A stretch of DNA of 64,000 nt from Squalus acanthias. Taxonomy: Eukaryota. The DNA lies in NCBI GenBank assembly GCA_030390025.1, contig CM059433.1, positions 15,750,001-15,814,000 of the forward strand, written 5' to 3'. Positions 50,117 through 62,554 of this stretch are shown in pieces (positions within the stretch are counted from its first letter, which is position 1; the number at the start of each line of letters is the position of its first letter). Both the position numbers and the translations under genes were made by a program. The notes under the pieces are model-generated. The model was not told the origin of the DNA. It saw only the letters and a list, made by a program, of their open reading frames with translations, and did no database searches.

Positions 50117-51524
50117 CAGTATTGCCAACTCGCGAGAGATGCGATTTCGGAGTGAAATAAAGCATCACTTGCGATCTCGTGATGGAAGGCCTAAATCTCG
50201 GGATTGTTTTTCTTGAGGGGCGGGCGGGACCGGCAATTTGCGCATGCGCAGAAAATACAGCGATTGCTATTATTAGTGAGATCACAAAAAAGTTCTTTTG
50301 CGATTGCAATTTTGCTGAAATGCCCATCAGAGGAAATCTTTATGACAGCAATTACAATGTCATAGCACATAGCGACCAGAGCGATACATCTTCTGTTGGC
50401 TACCATATTTGCCTTCAACATCCGATACCAGCCTACTGACCTATCAGCAGTCTTCTAGAATCCCTTTCAAAGTTGACAAACTTCTACCTTCTAGTAAACC
50501 AGCTTTGGCTGATGGCTTCAGTGTCCGGCCATTCCTATATGTGGCATTAAAACTGGCCGGTGCTAGGCTGCTGCAGATTTTAGGTATCACTGCTTGAAAG
50601 TAGTCCATACAAGATGCTGAACCTTAGAGTGAGTTTAACTAAAGAATGCTAATTCTACATATGCAGTTGGATTGGAGCCATTGCTGCTATATGGGTTTAC
50701 ATTTTGTTTATGCTTGTAGCACAAACAAGGTTCCGATAAATTAACAGCCGTTTTAACACCTAATTCCAATCTTTCCTGGTCTGTGTTGTGCTTTAATTAC
50801 ATTGGCACATTGAAGAGTGTTGAACACTGGCTTACAGGTTATGTTATCTCAAAGACGGAAATGAATTGGCCAGAAGTCGATAGCAGCAACAACAACATGC
50901 ATTTATATAGCTCCTTTAAGGTAATAAAATGTCCCAAGGCGCTTCACAGGAGCGATTATCAAATAAAACTTGACACCGAGCCAAGTAAGGAGATATTAGG
51001 GCAGGTGACCAAAAGCGCGGTAAAAGAGGTAGGTTTTAAGGAGCGTCTTAAAGGAAGAGAGAGAGAGAGACAGAGAGGTTTGGGGAGGGAATTCCAGAGC
51101 TTCAGACCAAGGCAGCTGAAGGCAATGGTGAAGCGATTAAAATCGGGAATGCGCAAGAGGCCCGAATTGGAGGAGCGCAGGGATCTCAGAGGGTTGTAGG
51201 GCTGGAGGAGGTTATGTTCCGGAAAGAGCAACAGTCAAAAGCAGAGCGAGGCCGGCCTGCGAGTGATGTGACAGCGGGGCCACCGATCCACCTACTCCTG
51301 CTCCTATTTCTTACCTTCTTATGTCAGTAATCGGTTAGTGATGGCCGAATGCACTTCCTGTTCGCGAGCAAAGGTCGCGGAATGCATTTCCTGTCCGGGA
51401 GCAAAGGTCAGCAAGAGGTCGGCTCGGGAAAAAATTAGCAACTCAATATTTCTATAGCAAATCTCATGATTTTTAAGAGATTGTCTGTCGCGTGATTTAT
51501 GAGACGGTGTGGTTGGCAATACTG
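50117..51524. mobile_element. Non-autonomous TIR element (hAT-like termini) containing an L2 fragment
   Basis: Perfect 13-bp TIR CAGTATTGCCAAC / GTTGGCAATACTG; flanks TACAGT and GACAGT. Confidence 0.7.
50884..51215 (-). mobile_element. L2 LINE 3' end
   Basis: LRSLRSSNSGLL, AFSCLGLKLWNSLP; (GTT)n tail; homologous to 7930-8251. Confidence 0.85.
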
Positions 51525-52154
51525 GACAGTGTAAGTCACCAGTGATTTCAATTTTTATGCTTCAGGTCCCTTCTAGGTGCTCACAGAGTGTATCACAGGA
51601 CTGAGCTGCTCCAGTCTATTAAGAAGCAAAATGGCCTTCAGTGCCGGTAAATTTCTCTGATTCTATGATACACTCTGCTACGGCCAGCAGCAACAAAGAC
51701 AGCACAAGTTGTTCCAAAATGACGGTTTTCCCAAGCTACAGGGTATCATTGAGCGTATGCACATAGCTTTCCTACGGTATACTTAAAAGGCAAAGGGGTA
51801 GCAATTAGGTCGCGCCCCATTTGGGGCGCAAATATCGTCTGGACGCAAATATTAGCGCCTGGCGCTAATTATCGGCACTGACAGGAAACTTCACTTTTAC
51901 CGCCCCGGGAGGTGAGTGGAGCGCTAAAGCAGGCGCTGCACACCTGTCTTAAGGCGCAAAGGCCAAGGAGTGAGGCGCTAACTCAGCGCGCGAGCGCAGC
52001 GCAGCTGCTGCCAGTTAGCGAGGGAACACAGACACACTGGCGCCGGACACTTCTTAAAGCGGGGGGGGGGGCACTTGCTCCCCAGCCACACCCTGCTCAT
52101 TGCAGCCTTGAATCTCGGCCTGGAGAGACCTGTGAATCCATTTTGCTGCCAAGC

Positions 52155-54032
52155 ATGGAGAGGGTGAGAGAACACGCTCATCGCTTCACCGAGCGGGCCT
52201 TGGATGCTCTGGTTGGCGCAGTGGAGCGCAGACGATGTATGCTGTTCCCTGAGAGTGGCAGGAGGCCTTTGCCACGCGAGTTCAGAAGAGTGTGGAGGGA
52301 GGTGGCTCAGAGCGTCTCCTCCAGGAGCATGGTGCCCAGGACCCATACTCAATGCCGCAAAAAGTTCAACGACCTCACTCGGGTCGTCAGGGTGAGTGGC
52401 TTTTTCTCAATACCTCTCCATCCCTCCATCTCAACCTCACTCTATGGCCAGAGGGTCTTAAAACCCCAATGCACAACACTCATCCAACACCTATGGCCCT
52501 TTCATCAAACACACACACACATTCCACACTTTGCATACAGTAAGGGCTATTCACCTATGGGAGGCACATCAGGCAAGACCATGGCTGCATACAGTAAGGG
52601 CTATTCACCTATGGGAGGCACATCAGGCAAGACCATGGCTGCATATTGTAAGGGCTATTCACCTATGGGAGGCACATCAGGCAAGACCATGGCTGTATAT
52701 TTACTCAGATGCTGTCCTTTTTCTTGCAGGCTAAGCTGGCTCATAATAGGAGACAGCAGCAACGGACAGGTGGAGGGCGGCCTCAGCTGCAACCCCTCAG
52801 CGATCTAGAGGAGCGCGTCCACAGGATTGTGGCAAGCCGGGTGATCGGTCCCGTTGCCACTGGAGACGCCGACCCCGTTGTGGACAGCAATGGTAAGGTC
52901 ATCACCTTTTTGTCCTCTGTCCTTCCACTTGTCCCTCACAACACCAGCCTTTGACACTTTCAATCCAACTTGCTAACTCGCTGCACTTATTCCTCCCTTA
53001 CTACCACCCTGTCCTCACGCTAAAGCCACTCTTGTACCTCCCTGCTTTCAGATGGTGATTCACCAGCTGAGGAGACGGGCCCTGAAGCTGCCACTGGGAG
53101 TGATGCTGCAGCTGAGGAGGAAGAGGAAGCCAGAGCATCAGTGCCACCCTCTCCCGAGGAAGCCCATGCCCACACTGGAAACACGCCTTCCCCGGAGGGG
53201 AGCAGGGGGGAAGGGGCTGATGAGGGTGAAGCTCCAGGACCCAGCGGGCTGCAGCAATGCCATGGGGGGGGGTAGGGAAGAACGGGGGCCTTCTCCCCAG
53301 AGGGAGAGTATGCCAGACACTCCTACTGCAATGGACGCAGAGGAGGAGCGGCTGATTGCAGAAATGAACACCCAGGCGGTGGGCATGCACACTGAGCTCA
53401 TGGGTGCAGTGGGAAGGGTGCCCGAATGCATTGAGTCACTGGCAAGGAGTGTGGAGCACTTCGCTGTAGCACAGGCGGATGCCACACTAACGCTTAGTGC
53501 TGCAATTCAGTCACTGGCTGCCATGATCCCATCTCTGACTGCTCTCATACAGACTCAGATGGAGGCCACGCGAGCACAGACTGCTGCCAACCTCGATGGT
53601 TCGTGCACATGTCCCCGGGGCTGTCACCGCGCCACAGCAGGCCAGCAATCTGTTCTCCGGCAGATTGCTCCGGATGCTGAAGTGCTGCCCCGTGGGAGTG
53701 CCAGTGTGTCGGGCGAGCAGGGAGTTGCTGTCCTCTCTCACGATGACAGCATTCCTGCTGCCAACACTGTCACTTCTCCACTGCACTTGCCACCGCCTGT
53801 AGGACAGACTGCTGCCGCCCATGCAGAGTTGGTGCAGTCTGCAGCCGGGCCCTCCAGGCCCAGAAGTGGTCGAGGCCGTCCTTCAGGGGCATCTGCAGTG
53901 TCAGGGTCTGACGAGCAGCAGCCTTCCACCAGCCTTGCTGCAGCCACTGAGGTCCCATTACGGAGGAGCAGTAGGGTTAGAAGGGGGGAAGTGCGCAAGG
54001 GAAGGAGATCACCCTCGAAGGGCAAAAAGTAG
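52155..54032 (+). CDS. Harbinger Myb/SANT DNA-binding protein; exons 52155-52391, 52730-52892, 53052-54032; +1 frameshift in a G9 run
   Basis: HRFTERALDALV..WREVAQSVSSRS..QCRKKFNDL; AGG|GTGAGT, TTGCAG|, G|GTAAGG and TTTCAG| splice sites; the spliced frame hits TAG right after G9 at 53264-53272. Confidence 0.85.
52532..52697. repeat. 3 x 54-bp tandem repeat in Myb intron 1
   Basis: Units start at 52532, 52586 and 52640 (TGCATACAGTAAGGGCTATTCACCTATGGGAGGCACATCAGGCAAGACCATGGC). Confidence 0.93.
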
Positions 54033-54326
54033 GAGGTGTGACAAAATGCTGGTCATTTTTTTATTAAAGGCCGAGGTTCATGGTCCAACTTTTGTTTAGT
54101 GTTTTGGACATTATCTCCAGGTTGTGAGAACCAGTTATGTTATTGACTGTTTTTTTGTGTTTATTTCTATGAGTTTGTCATGAGGAATTGACACACACAG
54201 AGTTTGTAAAATAAATAAGTTTCTGTATTCAAAATATACATGGCTGGTGGTTGGAATTATTGGTGCCTTGGCCGGCTTAGGGGTTGCGTGCTGGGTTGAT
54301 TAATGTTGGTAGCAATGGCAGGGGCC

Positions 54327-55487
54327 CTAGAAGCGGCTTGCTATTAGCCGTTGACGGACGGCCCTTGCAGTTTGACCATTGTGGGCCGCCCTCCCGCCTT
54401 GGTGCTGCTGATGATCATCGTCCTCGTCCTCTTCCTCCTCTTCCTCCTCCTCCTCTGGTGGTGCTACAAGGCCTGGTGGCATTGGCTGGGTCCTGAGGAT
54501 TGCCATGTTGTGCAACATGCAGCACACGACTACGAAGTTCGATACTTGCTCAGGCGAGTACTGCAGGGCTCCTCCGGAATGGTCCAGACAGCGGAACCGT
54601 TGTTTCAGCACGCCGATTGTGCGCTCAATAATGTTCCTGGTTGCTTGATGGCTTTCATTGTACCACAGCTCAGCAGGGGTGTTTGGCGTACGGAGCGGTG
54701 TCATCAGCCAGGTGCTCAATGCGTACCCCTTGTCCCCGAGAAGCCAACCAACTGGCTGATGCGGTGCCTCGAAAACTTCTGCCACAGTAGTCTGGCGCAG
54801 GATAAAAGCATCGTGGCAGCTGCCAGGATAGTGGGCATTGACAGCGAGTATCACCTGTCTGTGGTCACAGACCAACTGGACATTCAAGGAATGGAACCCC
54901 TTTCTGTTCCTGAATTCCTCTGCATTCTCACGCGGAGCGCGCAAAGCCACATGCGTGCAGTCAATGGCGCCCTGCACCATGGGGAAGCCCGCTACCCTCG
55001 CAAAGCCCAGAACACGGTCACGCTGCTTGTCTGGGGTCATAGGGAAAGAGATGAACTCTCGTCTCCTTCTGAAGAGGACATTGGTGACCTGCCGGATGCA
55101 GCGATGCACCGCGAACTGGGAGATATTGGCGAGGTCCCCAACAGCAGCTTGGAATGAGCCAGTGGCGTAGAAGTTCAAAGCCACTGTGACCTTCACTGCC
55201 ACCGACAGAGACGTCCTGGACCTCAGTTGAGGCTGCAGATCTGGCTGCAGCAGGTGGCAGAGCTCAGTGACCACCTCCTTGCTGAATCGCAGCCTTTGCA
55301 AACACAGCTCCTCGGACATATGGATGTAGGAGAGCTGTTCACGATATACCCTGGGAGGGTAAGCTCTCCTGTACATGCGCCTGATGGCCCTCCTCCGTCT
55401 GGCCATCATTGCCACTCTCTCTCTGCGTCTCTGTATCCTCCGATTCAGCTGGAGCAGGACGACGCCCCCAATCAGTGCAGCCCCCAT
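54327..55487 (-). CDS. Harbinger DDE transposase (HARBI1-like family), intact, 386 aa from ATG 55487
   Basis: Uninterrupted [63 protein letters not shown]. Confidence 0.95.
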   Translation of the reverse strand: MGAALIGGVVLLQLNRRIQRRRERVAMMARRRRAIRRMYRRAYPPRVYREQLSYIHMSEELCLQRLRFSKEVVTELCHLLQPDLQPQLRSRTSLSVAVKVTVALNFYATGSFQAAVGDLANISQFAVHRCIRQVTNVLFRRRREFISFPMTPDKQRDRVLGFARVAGFPMVQGAIDCTHVALRAPRENAEEFRNRKGFHSLNVQLVCDHRQVILAVNAHYPGSCHDAFILRQTTVAEVFEAPHQPVGWLLGDKGYALSTWLMTPLRTPNTPAELWYNESHQATRNIIERTIGVLKQRFRCLDHSGGALQYSPEQVSNFVVVCCMLHNMAILRTQPMPPGLVAPPEEEEEEEEEDEDDDHQQHQGGRAAHNGQTARAVRQRLIASRF

Positions 55488-56723
55488 ATTCTCTTTGCCA
55501 GAAATGTAATGAGGGACAGCAACTAAAGTAGCAACAAAGTTAGGATGAATAGGCAAAACTACCTCACAAAGCGTTGAGTCAATGTAGAAGTCTCTCTCTC
55601 TCTCTCTCCGAATCTCTCTCTCTCTCTCAGAACGAGTGGTGCATAAATGTCGACCACAGAAAAAGACAGGAAGAGGCCCCCTTTAAATAGCGCCCCCCCC
55701 CCCCAGCCCCACAGCGATTGATAGCGTTCCAGTCTTCCGGTCGTTGAAAGCGCCAGGCGGTAAGGCAGGGGGCGCCACTCAATTTCCGCTCCGGGGCGCC
55801 CCAAGGGCGTTGCACCATGGAATGACGTCATAATCTGCGCGCGCAGGTGGTCGCAGCGGTAAGTTTTAGCGCCGCCACACAATCTCAAGTTAAGTTCTCG
55901 AGCGGCGCAAACATCACTGCGCCCGGGCGTTAGCGGCTTTGCGCCCCATTAGCGCCCTCTTAAGGCGCTAACGGGAGGCGCAACCAAGTGAATTTTTACC
56001 CCAAGGGGTATTATTCAGTCAGCATGCAAATGGTTGGCAAGCACCACATCAAATCTATACCTCCACAGATAGGGTCCATATGGTGCTTTCATTCTGAGAA
56101 AATACTATGTGATACAGTTCTTTGAAGTTAAAGGAAGCTGTCTCCTTGAAAATATGCTTTACACACTACCCATATTACAACATTTATGAGAAAATTATTG
56201 TATTTACCATTACAGTAGAATTCTCCGTAACAATGTTTTCCATTGACACAAAGCTTCTGCCATGAGTTCATGCATGTTCCCAGACCCATCACTGTTAGTT
56301 GAGGAGACTCAAGCTACAGCTCCCAGAGTGCACTTTTGGCTACAACTTTGAGAATTTTTTCGTGACAGCAGCAAGGCTGGCCACTCACAGAAAGTATAAG
56401 GAATCAATCAAAAGAATAAATACTTCACAGTCTCTTGGGAGACCTCTTAGAATTAAGACATTTGTATCACTGACGATGTGCACCCCTCTCCACTTCAATA
56501 GGTCAGCTCATCATTGCCCCACAGCAGCATAACCTCTGAGTCACGGTGAGCTCTATAAACAGATGAAACATTCGAACACGAAACATGTGTAAGCAGACTT
56601 CTCTCATTCTAAACCTATGCAATGTGAGTATAATAGAATATTAAAACAAATGTTGTAAGGCTTGTTTCTTGGTAGAATTTCAAAAAGTGAGTGATTAAAG
56701 GCTTAAAATGGATTAGAGTCATA

Positions 56724-57566
56724 GGGGGTGATTTTGCCAATGGGGAGCTTTTGGAGGCGGGACTCCCACTTGTCGGGTTTTAGTCCCGCCTCCAACAACT
56801 TCTGGCCAACCCACGCTATTTTCCCTTGATTGACCTTGTTAAGCCCGCCCAGCGGGCTTAGCAGGCCAATTAAGGGAAAGCCAGTTGCAGAGCACGTCAG
56901 CGTATGACGTTTCATCTGTCAAAAATTTTTGACAGATGAATTGTCATCGTTTGACAGCTCTGTGAAGCTGTCAAACAGTGACATTCTCTGCAGTTTGATG
57001 AGGTCTTGAATACAAGACCCCATCAAACTTCTTTCTTTTACAGAAATTAGATGGTTGTTGCATCTGTGAATGCAACGGCCACCTGTCATTCCCAACACGG
57101 AGGTCCGAGACGCTCTGCATACAAACCGACTGAAGCCTGCAGGAAGAAACAACGGTGAGTATACTTTTACTAACACTTTGCACTTACCTCAGATACTCAC
57201 CTCTACACTCTTGCACCCATCACTTACCTGCACACCACACTTTTGCAAACTCCCCCCCCCCCCCCCCCCCGCCGACCCCCGCAGACTCCCTACTCGCCTC
57301 GCTGAGCTGGTGGGTTTCGGAGCCTTCGGGAAGCCCGCACTTGTGAGGGCAAAAAGGCGATAATCCTATTTTCTGCCTGTTAATAGGCTTTAATCCCTTC
57401 CCGCCTCCAAGGAGACGGGACCCGGCGCGGGACAGCTTCCCGCCTCCTAGGAAGATGGCATGGAGGCGGGTTGGGGGCGGGTTTCGGCACCCGCCCCCAA
57501 ATTCTGCCATTTTCCCGGCAGTCCCGCCTCCATACCCACCTCCCCAGGGCTGACAAAATCGCCCCC
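56724..57566. mobile_element. Harbinger-type MITE
   Basis: TIR GGGGGTGATTTTG / CAAAATCGCCCCC; repeated CCCGCC motifs. Confidence 0.78.
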
Positions 57567-57573
57567 AGTGAGT

Positions 57574-58076
57574 CACAGAGTCATAACGGCACAGAAGGAG
57601 GCCATACGGCCCATCGAGTCCATGCCAGCTCTCTGTAGAGCAATCCAGTCAGTCCCATTACCCCGCTCTATCCCCGTAGCCCTGCAAGTTTATTTCCCTC
57701 AAGTGCCTATCCAGTCTCCCCTTGAAAACATTGAGTGTGTCCGCTTCCACCACTTCCGTCGGCAGCGAGTTCCAGGTCCTCACCACTCGCTGCGTAAAAA
57801 GTTTTTCCTCACATCCCCCCTGTATCTCTTGCCCAAAACCTTAAATCTGTGTCCCCTAGTCCTTGTACCATCAACTAGTGGGAACAGCCTTTCCCTGTCT
57901 AGTCTATCCAAACCCGTCATAGTCTTGTACACCTCTATCAAATCACCCCTCAACCTCCTTTGCTCTAGTGAAAACAAATCCAGCTTCTCCAACCTGTCCT
58001 TGTAGCTAAGATCCCCCATCCCCAAAACCATTCTGGTAAATCTCCTCTGCACCCTCTCAGGGGCCTTCACATCCTT
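57574..58076 (-). mobile_element. CR1 3' fragment
   Basis: [35 protein letters not shown]1-type 3' UTR. Confidence 0.9.
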
Positions 58077-58429
58077 AATTGACAGCAGTAACCTAATTAT
58101 GAAACTGGATTAAACTGTACAAAAGCTGTAGAATATTCTTGTAGAGGATTGTTTGCACAAAAGATTAAATATAAATTGATCTGCCTTCAATTAATAGATA
58201 ACAATTAGTAATGTTGATGCTTTATGATTAGTCAGCAGGAGCTAATTGAATAAGGGTATTCTTCTCCTACGAGAGGAGACTAGGAAATAATTCTCCAACG
58301 GTAAAACCATCATGTGTGGATATTTCAACAGAAAAGCATGGGTAGTAGTGTACGCTATCTGTATGCCATTTCTCCTGTGGAAATTAAAGTTATTAACAGG
58401 AAAACAAGGAAGAAAGACCACATTGAATT

Positions 58430-58926
58430 GGCAGGGTAAGGTAGCATAGTAGTTATGTTACTGGACTAGTAATCCAGTAGGCCCAGAGTAATAATCCGCG
58501 AGAGATGAGTTCAAATCCCACCACGGCAGCTGGGGGATTTAAATTCAGTTAATTAAACAAAAAAAAAATCTGGAAATTAAAAAAGCTAGTATCAGTAATG
58601 GTAACCATGAAACTATCAGATTGTCGTAAAAACCCATCTGGTTCACTAATGTCCTTTAGGGAAGGAAACCTGCCGTCCTTACCTGGTCTGGCCTATATGT
58701 GACTCCAATCCCACAACAATGTGGTTGACTCTGAACTGCCCTTTGAAATGGCTGGGCAAGCCACTCAGTTGTATCAAACAAAGTCAGCACTGTGGGAGGA
58801 GTACCTTCACCACACAGACTGCAGCGGTTCAAGACGGCAGCTCACCACAACCTTCTCAAGGGCAATTAGGGATGGACAATAAATGCCGGCCTTGCCAGTG
58901 ACGTCCACATCCTGTAAACTAAAAAA
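58430..58926 (+). mobile_element. tRNA-derived SINE whose tail matches the LINE at 21535
   Basis: Head GGTAGCATAGTAG..GAGTTCAAATCCC; 58785-58920 matches the reverse complement of 21550-21685. Confidence 0.8.
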
Positions 58927-58941
58927 TTAGATTTACATTAT

Positions 58942-59702
58942 GGCCCTGAAATTCGCCTCTCCGGCTTGCCGCGGGGGTAAGGATCGCGCGCGCTCTTACC
59001 CACCGTGCCTGCCGTTGACCTCTGGGCCCACGGGAACTTCAGCTCCTGGGCCTGCTCCAAGTGCCGGCGCGCAGTGCTTGCGTGTCCCAGGGGCGCAGTT
59101 AGTGCGATGCGTCCCCTGGGATCACGTGGGCCATGGAGAGCCAATGGCAGCAGACCATCTTTCATTCATAGATTTGACAGACCTGTCAAATCTATGAATT
59201 GAAATCGGCCCCAAAAGAACAGCTAAACTTAAAATAAATTAAAAAAATAACCATCACATTTATAAAATAACTATAAGTTAAATAAATTAACTACTTTAAA
59301 CAAAAATGTAAATTTTTGAAAAAATTAAAATACTTTTTAACAGTGCTAAAAATAAACTTACCTTTCTTTAAAGTATCTAAAAAAGATAAAGCTGTTGAAA
59401 AATTTTTTAAATTATAATTAATTAACCACTTACCTTGTTGAAAATGGATCTTGCGCCTCCTTTTTAAAAGCGCAGGTTCTTCAATACTTACCCTCCCATA
59501 GAAACCTGAAAAAAAACCTAAGTGTGCTGCGTGCGCGCAGCCTCTACCGCGCACGCGGTTCACCTAGGAACCGCCCCCTTCACCAGACCGGAAGTTCCAG
59601 TTTCCCGCGCATGCACAGTGCATGCAGGAAACCGCACTTCAGGATGTCTTACGGGTGAGTACAGAGCGCGTACTCACCCGGGAAGGGCCGAATTTTTGGC
59701 CC
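58942..59702. mobile_element. Harbinger-type MITE family A
   Basis: TIR GGCCCTGAAATT / AATTTTTGGCCC; collinear with 9055-9818. Confidence 0.85.
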
Positions 59703-60344
59703 ATTATGTTAACTGAGATGACTTCAGCTGTATTAGTGTTAGGCTTTTACAACTGGCACCAGTGCCCCAGATTAGGTCAGAGAAAATTAGCCAGGATTTC
59801 CACCTTATTGCTATCCAATAGTAAACGTATGGACGAGTGGAGCTCACCTGTGATGCCCCTTGCAGTCAAACAGCCTACCAACACTCACTATCAGAACTTA
59901 CAAGTGAATAACAGTTACTCACGTGAGATACCAGATCCTGACCAGAATCCATGGAACTATACTCCAAACAGCCAATATTTTCAGGAGAAGAGAGGAGGGA
60001 AAATAGTCACAAGATAAATAAATAAGATGATCCCATTAGTCCAAAATCTGAACTGCATTATAAAATCATTCTCATAAGTGTTTAATACTGTACTTCATAA
60101 TTCAATACAAAGAATTTTGGTATGTGTTCAGTTTTGAATATTTATAGATTTGCTATAGTGGTTAAGGCACTGGACTCGCAAACCAGATATTGGGCAGTTC
60201 AAATCCCACTAGAAAAAAGTGACCATGAAAATTGTCAGATTGTATTAATCGTGTGTTGTACAATGGTTTTGTCCTTTAAATAATACAACAATTCTTTGAA
60301 TTATTGAAACACTAAATAGTATCTTCGTGAAAAGAACATGACAA

Positions 60345-60800
60345 ATTAATTACAGACAAAGAAGGCCATTTGATTTATCCTAGTTGATCCATCCCGTGCC
60401 CTCATTGCAACATCAATTGCCTCTTAACTAACTCCAGGGTTTTTGCCTGTTCTACTACAGTATATCCATGTACTGCTGACTCTGAAGAAGAATTTTCTGA
60501 TATCAGTCCTAAATTTGCCTTTTACTAGTTGTAACTCATGTCATCTTGCCCCACTCTCACAATTTAATTTAAAGTAATTTTCTGGATGAACTTTTTCCAT
60601 ACTATTCTCTATACCTCTATAAGATCATCAATCAGATGCCTGGTGAAAAACCCAAGTTTCTTCCATCTTTTCTCATAACTCAGATCTCTACCACTAAGGA
60701 ACAGTCACATGGCTCTTCTCTCCACTTCATCCAATACTTGAATGTCCCCTTTGTGTCTCAGCAACCAGACCAGGACACAGTACTCAAGCTGTTGTCTGAA
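60345..60800 (-). mobile_element. Old CR1 3' fragment
   Basis: Reverse strand QLEYCVLVWL, HLIDDLIEV*R, TRVTTSK remnants. Confidence 0.6.
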
Positions 60801-60879
60801 CAGACTTTCTAGCTTGTATTCTACTGTTTTGGCTAAGGAGTTCAGGATTCTAATGAGAGTGTTGATTACTGCCCTTCAA

Positions 60880-61865
60880 TCAAGTTTCTGTCCCTGCCAC
60901 AACACTGAAATGGCCCCAATCAACAACAAAAATGACACCCTCTGTGGTAGTGATGAACTTTTTCCATGCATTATCCCTCCTTATCTTCCTCAACCTTATT
61001 GCAGCTTTTGACATGGTTGACCACACCATTCTCCTCAAACCCCTCTCCTCCATTGTCCAGTTCCACGGGACTGTTCTTGCTTGGTTCCACTCTTACCTAT
61101 TTGATTGTAACCAGAGCATTTTCAGCAATGGCTTCTCTTCCTGGCCCGACACCATTAGCTCCAGTATCTAATTTTGGCCTTTCACTCTTCCTCATCTACA
61201 TTCTGCCCCTTTGTAGCATCATCCACAGATGTGGGGTCAGCTTCCACATGTATATTGATGACACCTAGCTCTACCTCCCCAACACCTCTCTCAACCCACT
61301 GTCTTTGTGTTCTCAGATTGCTTGTCCAAAACCTAGTCTTGGATGAGCTGCAATTTTCTCCAGTTAAACATCAGGACGACCGAAACCATCATCCTCAGCT
61401 CCTGCCACCAACTTTGTACACCTGTTACTGATTCCATCCCACTCCCTAGGCATCATCTGAGGCTGAACCATACTGTACACAACATCAGCATCCTAATAAA
61501 CCCTAAGCTGAGCGTCCAACCCCACATCCTCTCTATCACAAAGACCATCTACTTCCACCTCCGTAAGATCATCAACCCTTGCCCCTCTCAGCTCATCTGC
61601 TACTGAAGCCCTTATCCATTCCTTTGTCACCCATGACTCGACTATTCCAATGCCCTCTTGACCAGACTCCTATCCTCCACCCTCCATAAACTTCAACTCA
61701 TCCAAAACTCTGGTACCCATATCCTATCCAGCGCCAACTCCTGCTCACCCATCATCCCTGTCCCCGCTGACCTACATTGGCTCTTAATCCATCAACACTT
61801 CAGATTTAATATGATCATCTTCGTGCTTAAATATCTTCCTTGTTTAACCCCTTCCTATCTCTGTA
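60880..61865 (+). mobile_element. Old L2 LINE RT fragment
   Basis: LNLIAAFDMVDHTILL, FHMYIDDT, NFLQLNIRTTE, IQNSGTHIL, DLHWL. Confidence 0.85.
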
Positions 61866-62554
61866 CTGAAATCTTAGGATTTATAACTTGATGGCTATAT
61901 TACACGACATGTAGTTACACTACAGTGTACTTTAACATTCTCGAGGACTATATAGTTTGCATCGATATTACAGGTGCAACATCCAGTAAGTCACAAAATA
62001 AACAGTTTTGCTTTGCTTCACCCAAGTTCCTGCAACTTGGGACTTACAATTACATTTCCATTTTGTCTTGACTAAGGTTCAACAGCAAATCTAGCATAGC
62101 TTGCTGTTTTAAATCAATGACAAAAACTTACCTGGGTGCTTTTATTCAAGTGTAAAAAACATTTGCCTGACTTGAGTTAAGGTCACTAGGGCTTGGACAC
62201 AACATTCACATTATTGGTGACAGCCTCCCATGCTTCTATGCTGTGACATTATCTGACTGCCTGAAAAATGTTTGTTCTCACTGAATCAGCTTGGTTGCTA
62301 TTTTCCCTGCCCCTTCTTTCCTAGTTTAAATGACTCTTCACTTACCTAAGTACCCATTTTACCAGTACATTATCTCCCTTCCTGTTCAGATGTTTTCCAT
62401 CCTTGCAGCATAGCTCCCATCTAAACTTCTTTTGCAGGACTTCAGGCCTTTCCTTTCCTATATCTTTGGTTCCCATGTGGACCACAATAACTGACAGCTC
62501 TCCCTCCACTTCCATAAGCTTTTACAGTCTTTCCAAAATGTCACTTACCCTATC

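Larger units (their letters stand above)
51795..56002. mobile_element. Near-intact autonomous Harbinger transposon (4.2 kb)
   Basis: TIR GGGGTAGCAATT / AATTTTTACCCC; TAGCGCC/GGCGC subterminal repeats; convergent Myb and transposase genes; flanks AAA and AAG. Confidence 0.95.
49920..56110 (+). pseudogene. Old fossil Harbinger transposase in three pieces (about 49920-50116, 51525-51794, 56003-56110)
   Basis: YPKELIYHSRISYLGVMEE; VTSDFNFYASGPF; GFPKLQGIIERMHIAF; after the young element KGYYSVSMQMVG and AFILR. Confidence 0.7.

Noticed and set aside
53052..53270. ATG 53052 as the start of a 326-aa protein
   Set aside because: It directly follows a splice acceptor; the phase-1 spliced frame gives the expected acidic linker.
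54327..55556. Domesticated host gene HARBI1
   Set aside because: It is flanked by TIRs and a partner Myb gene and nested in another transposon, so it is a transposon gene.
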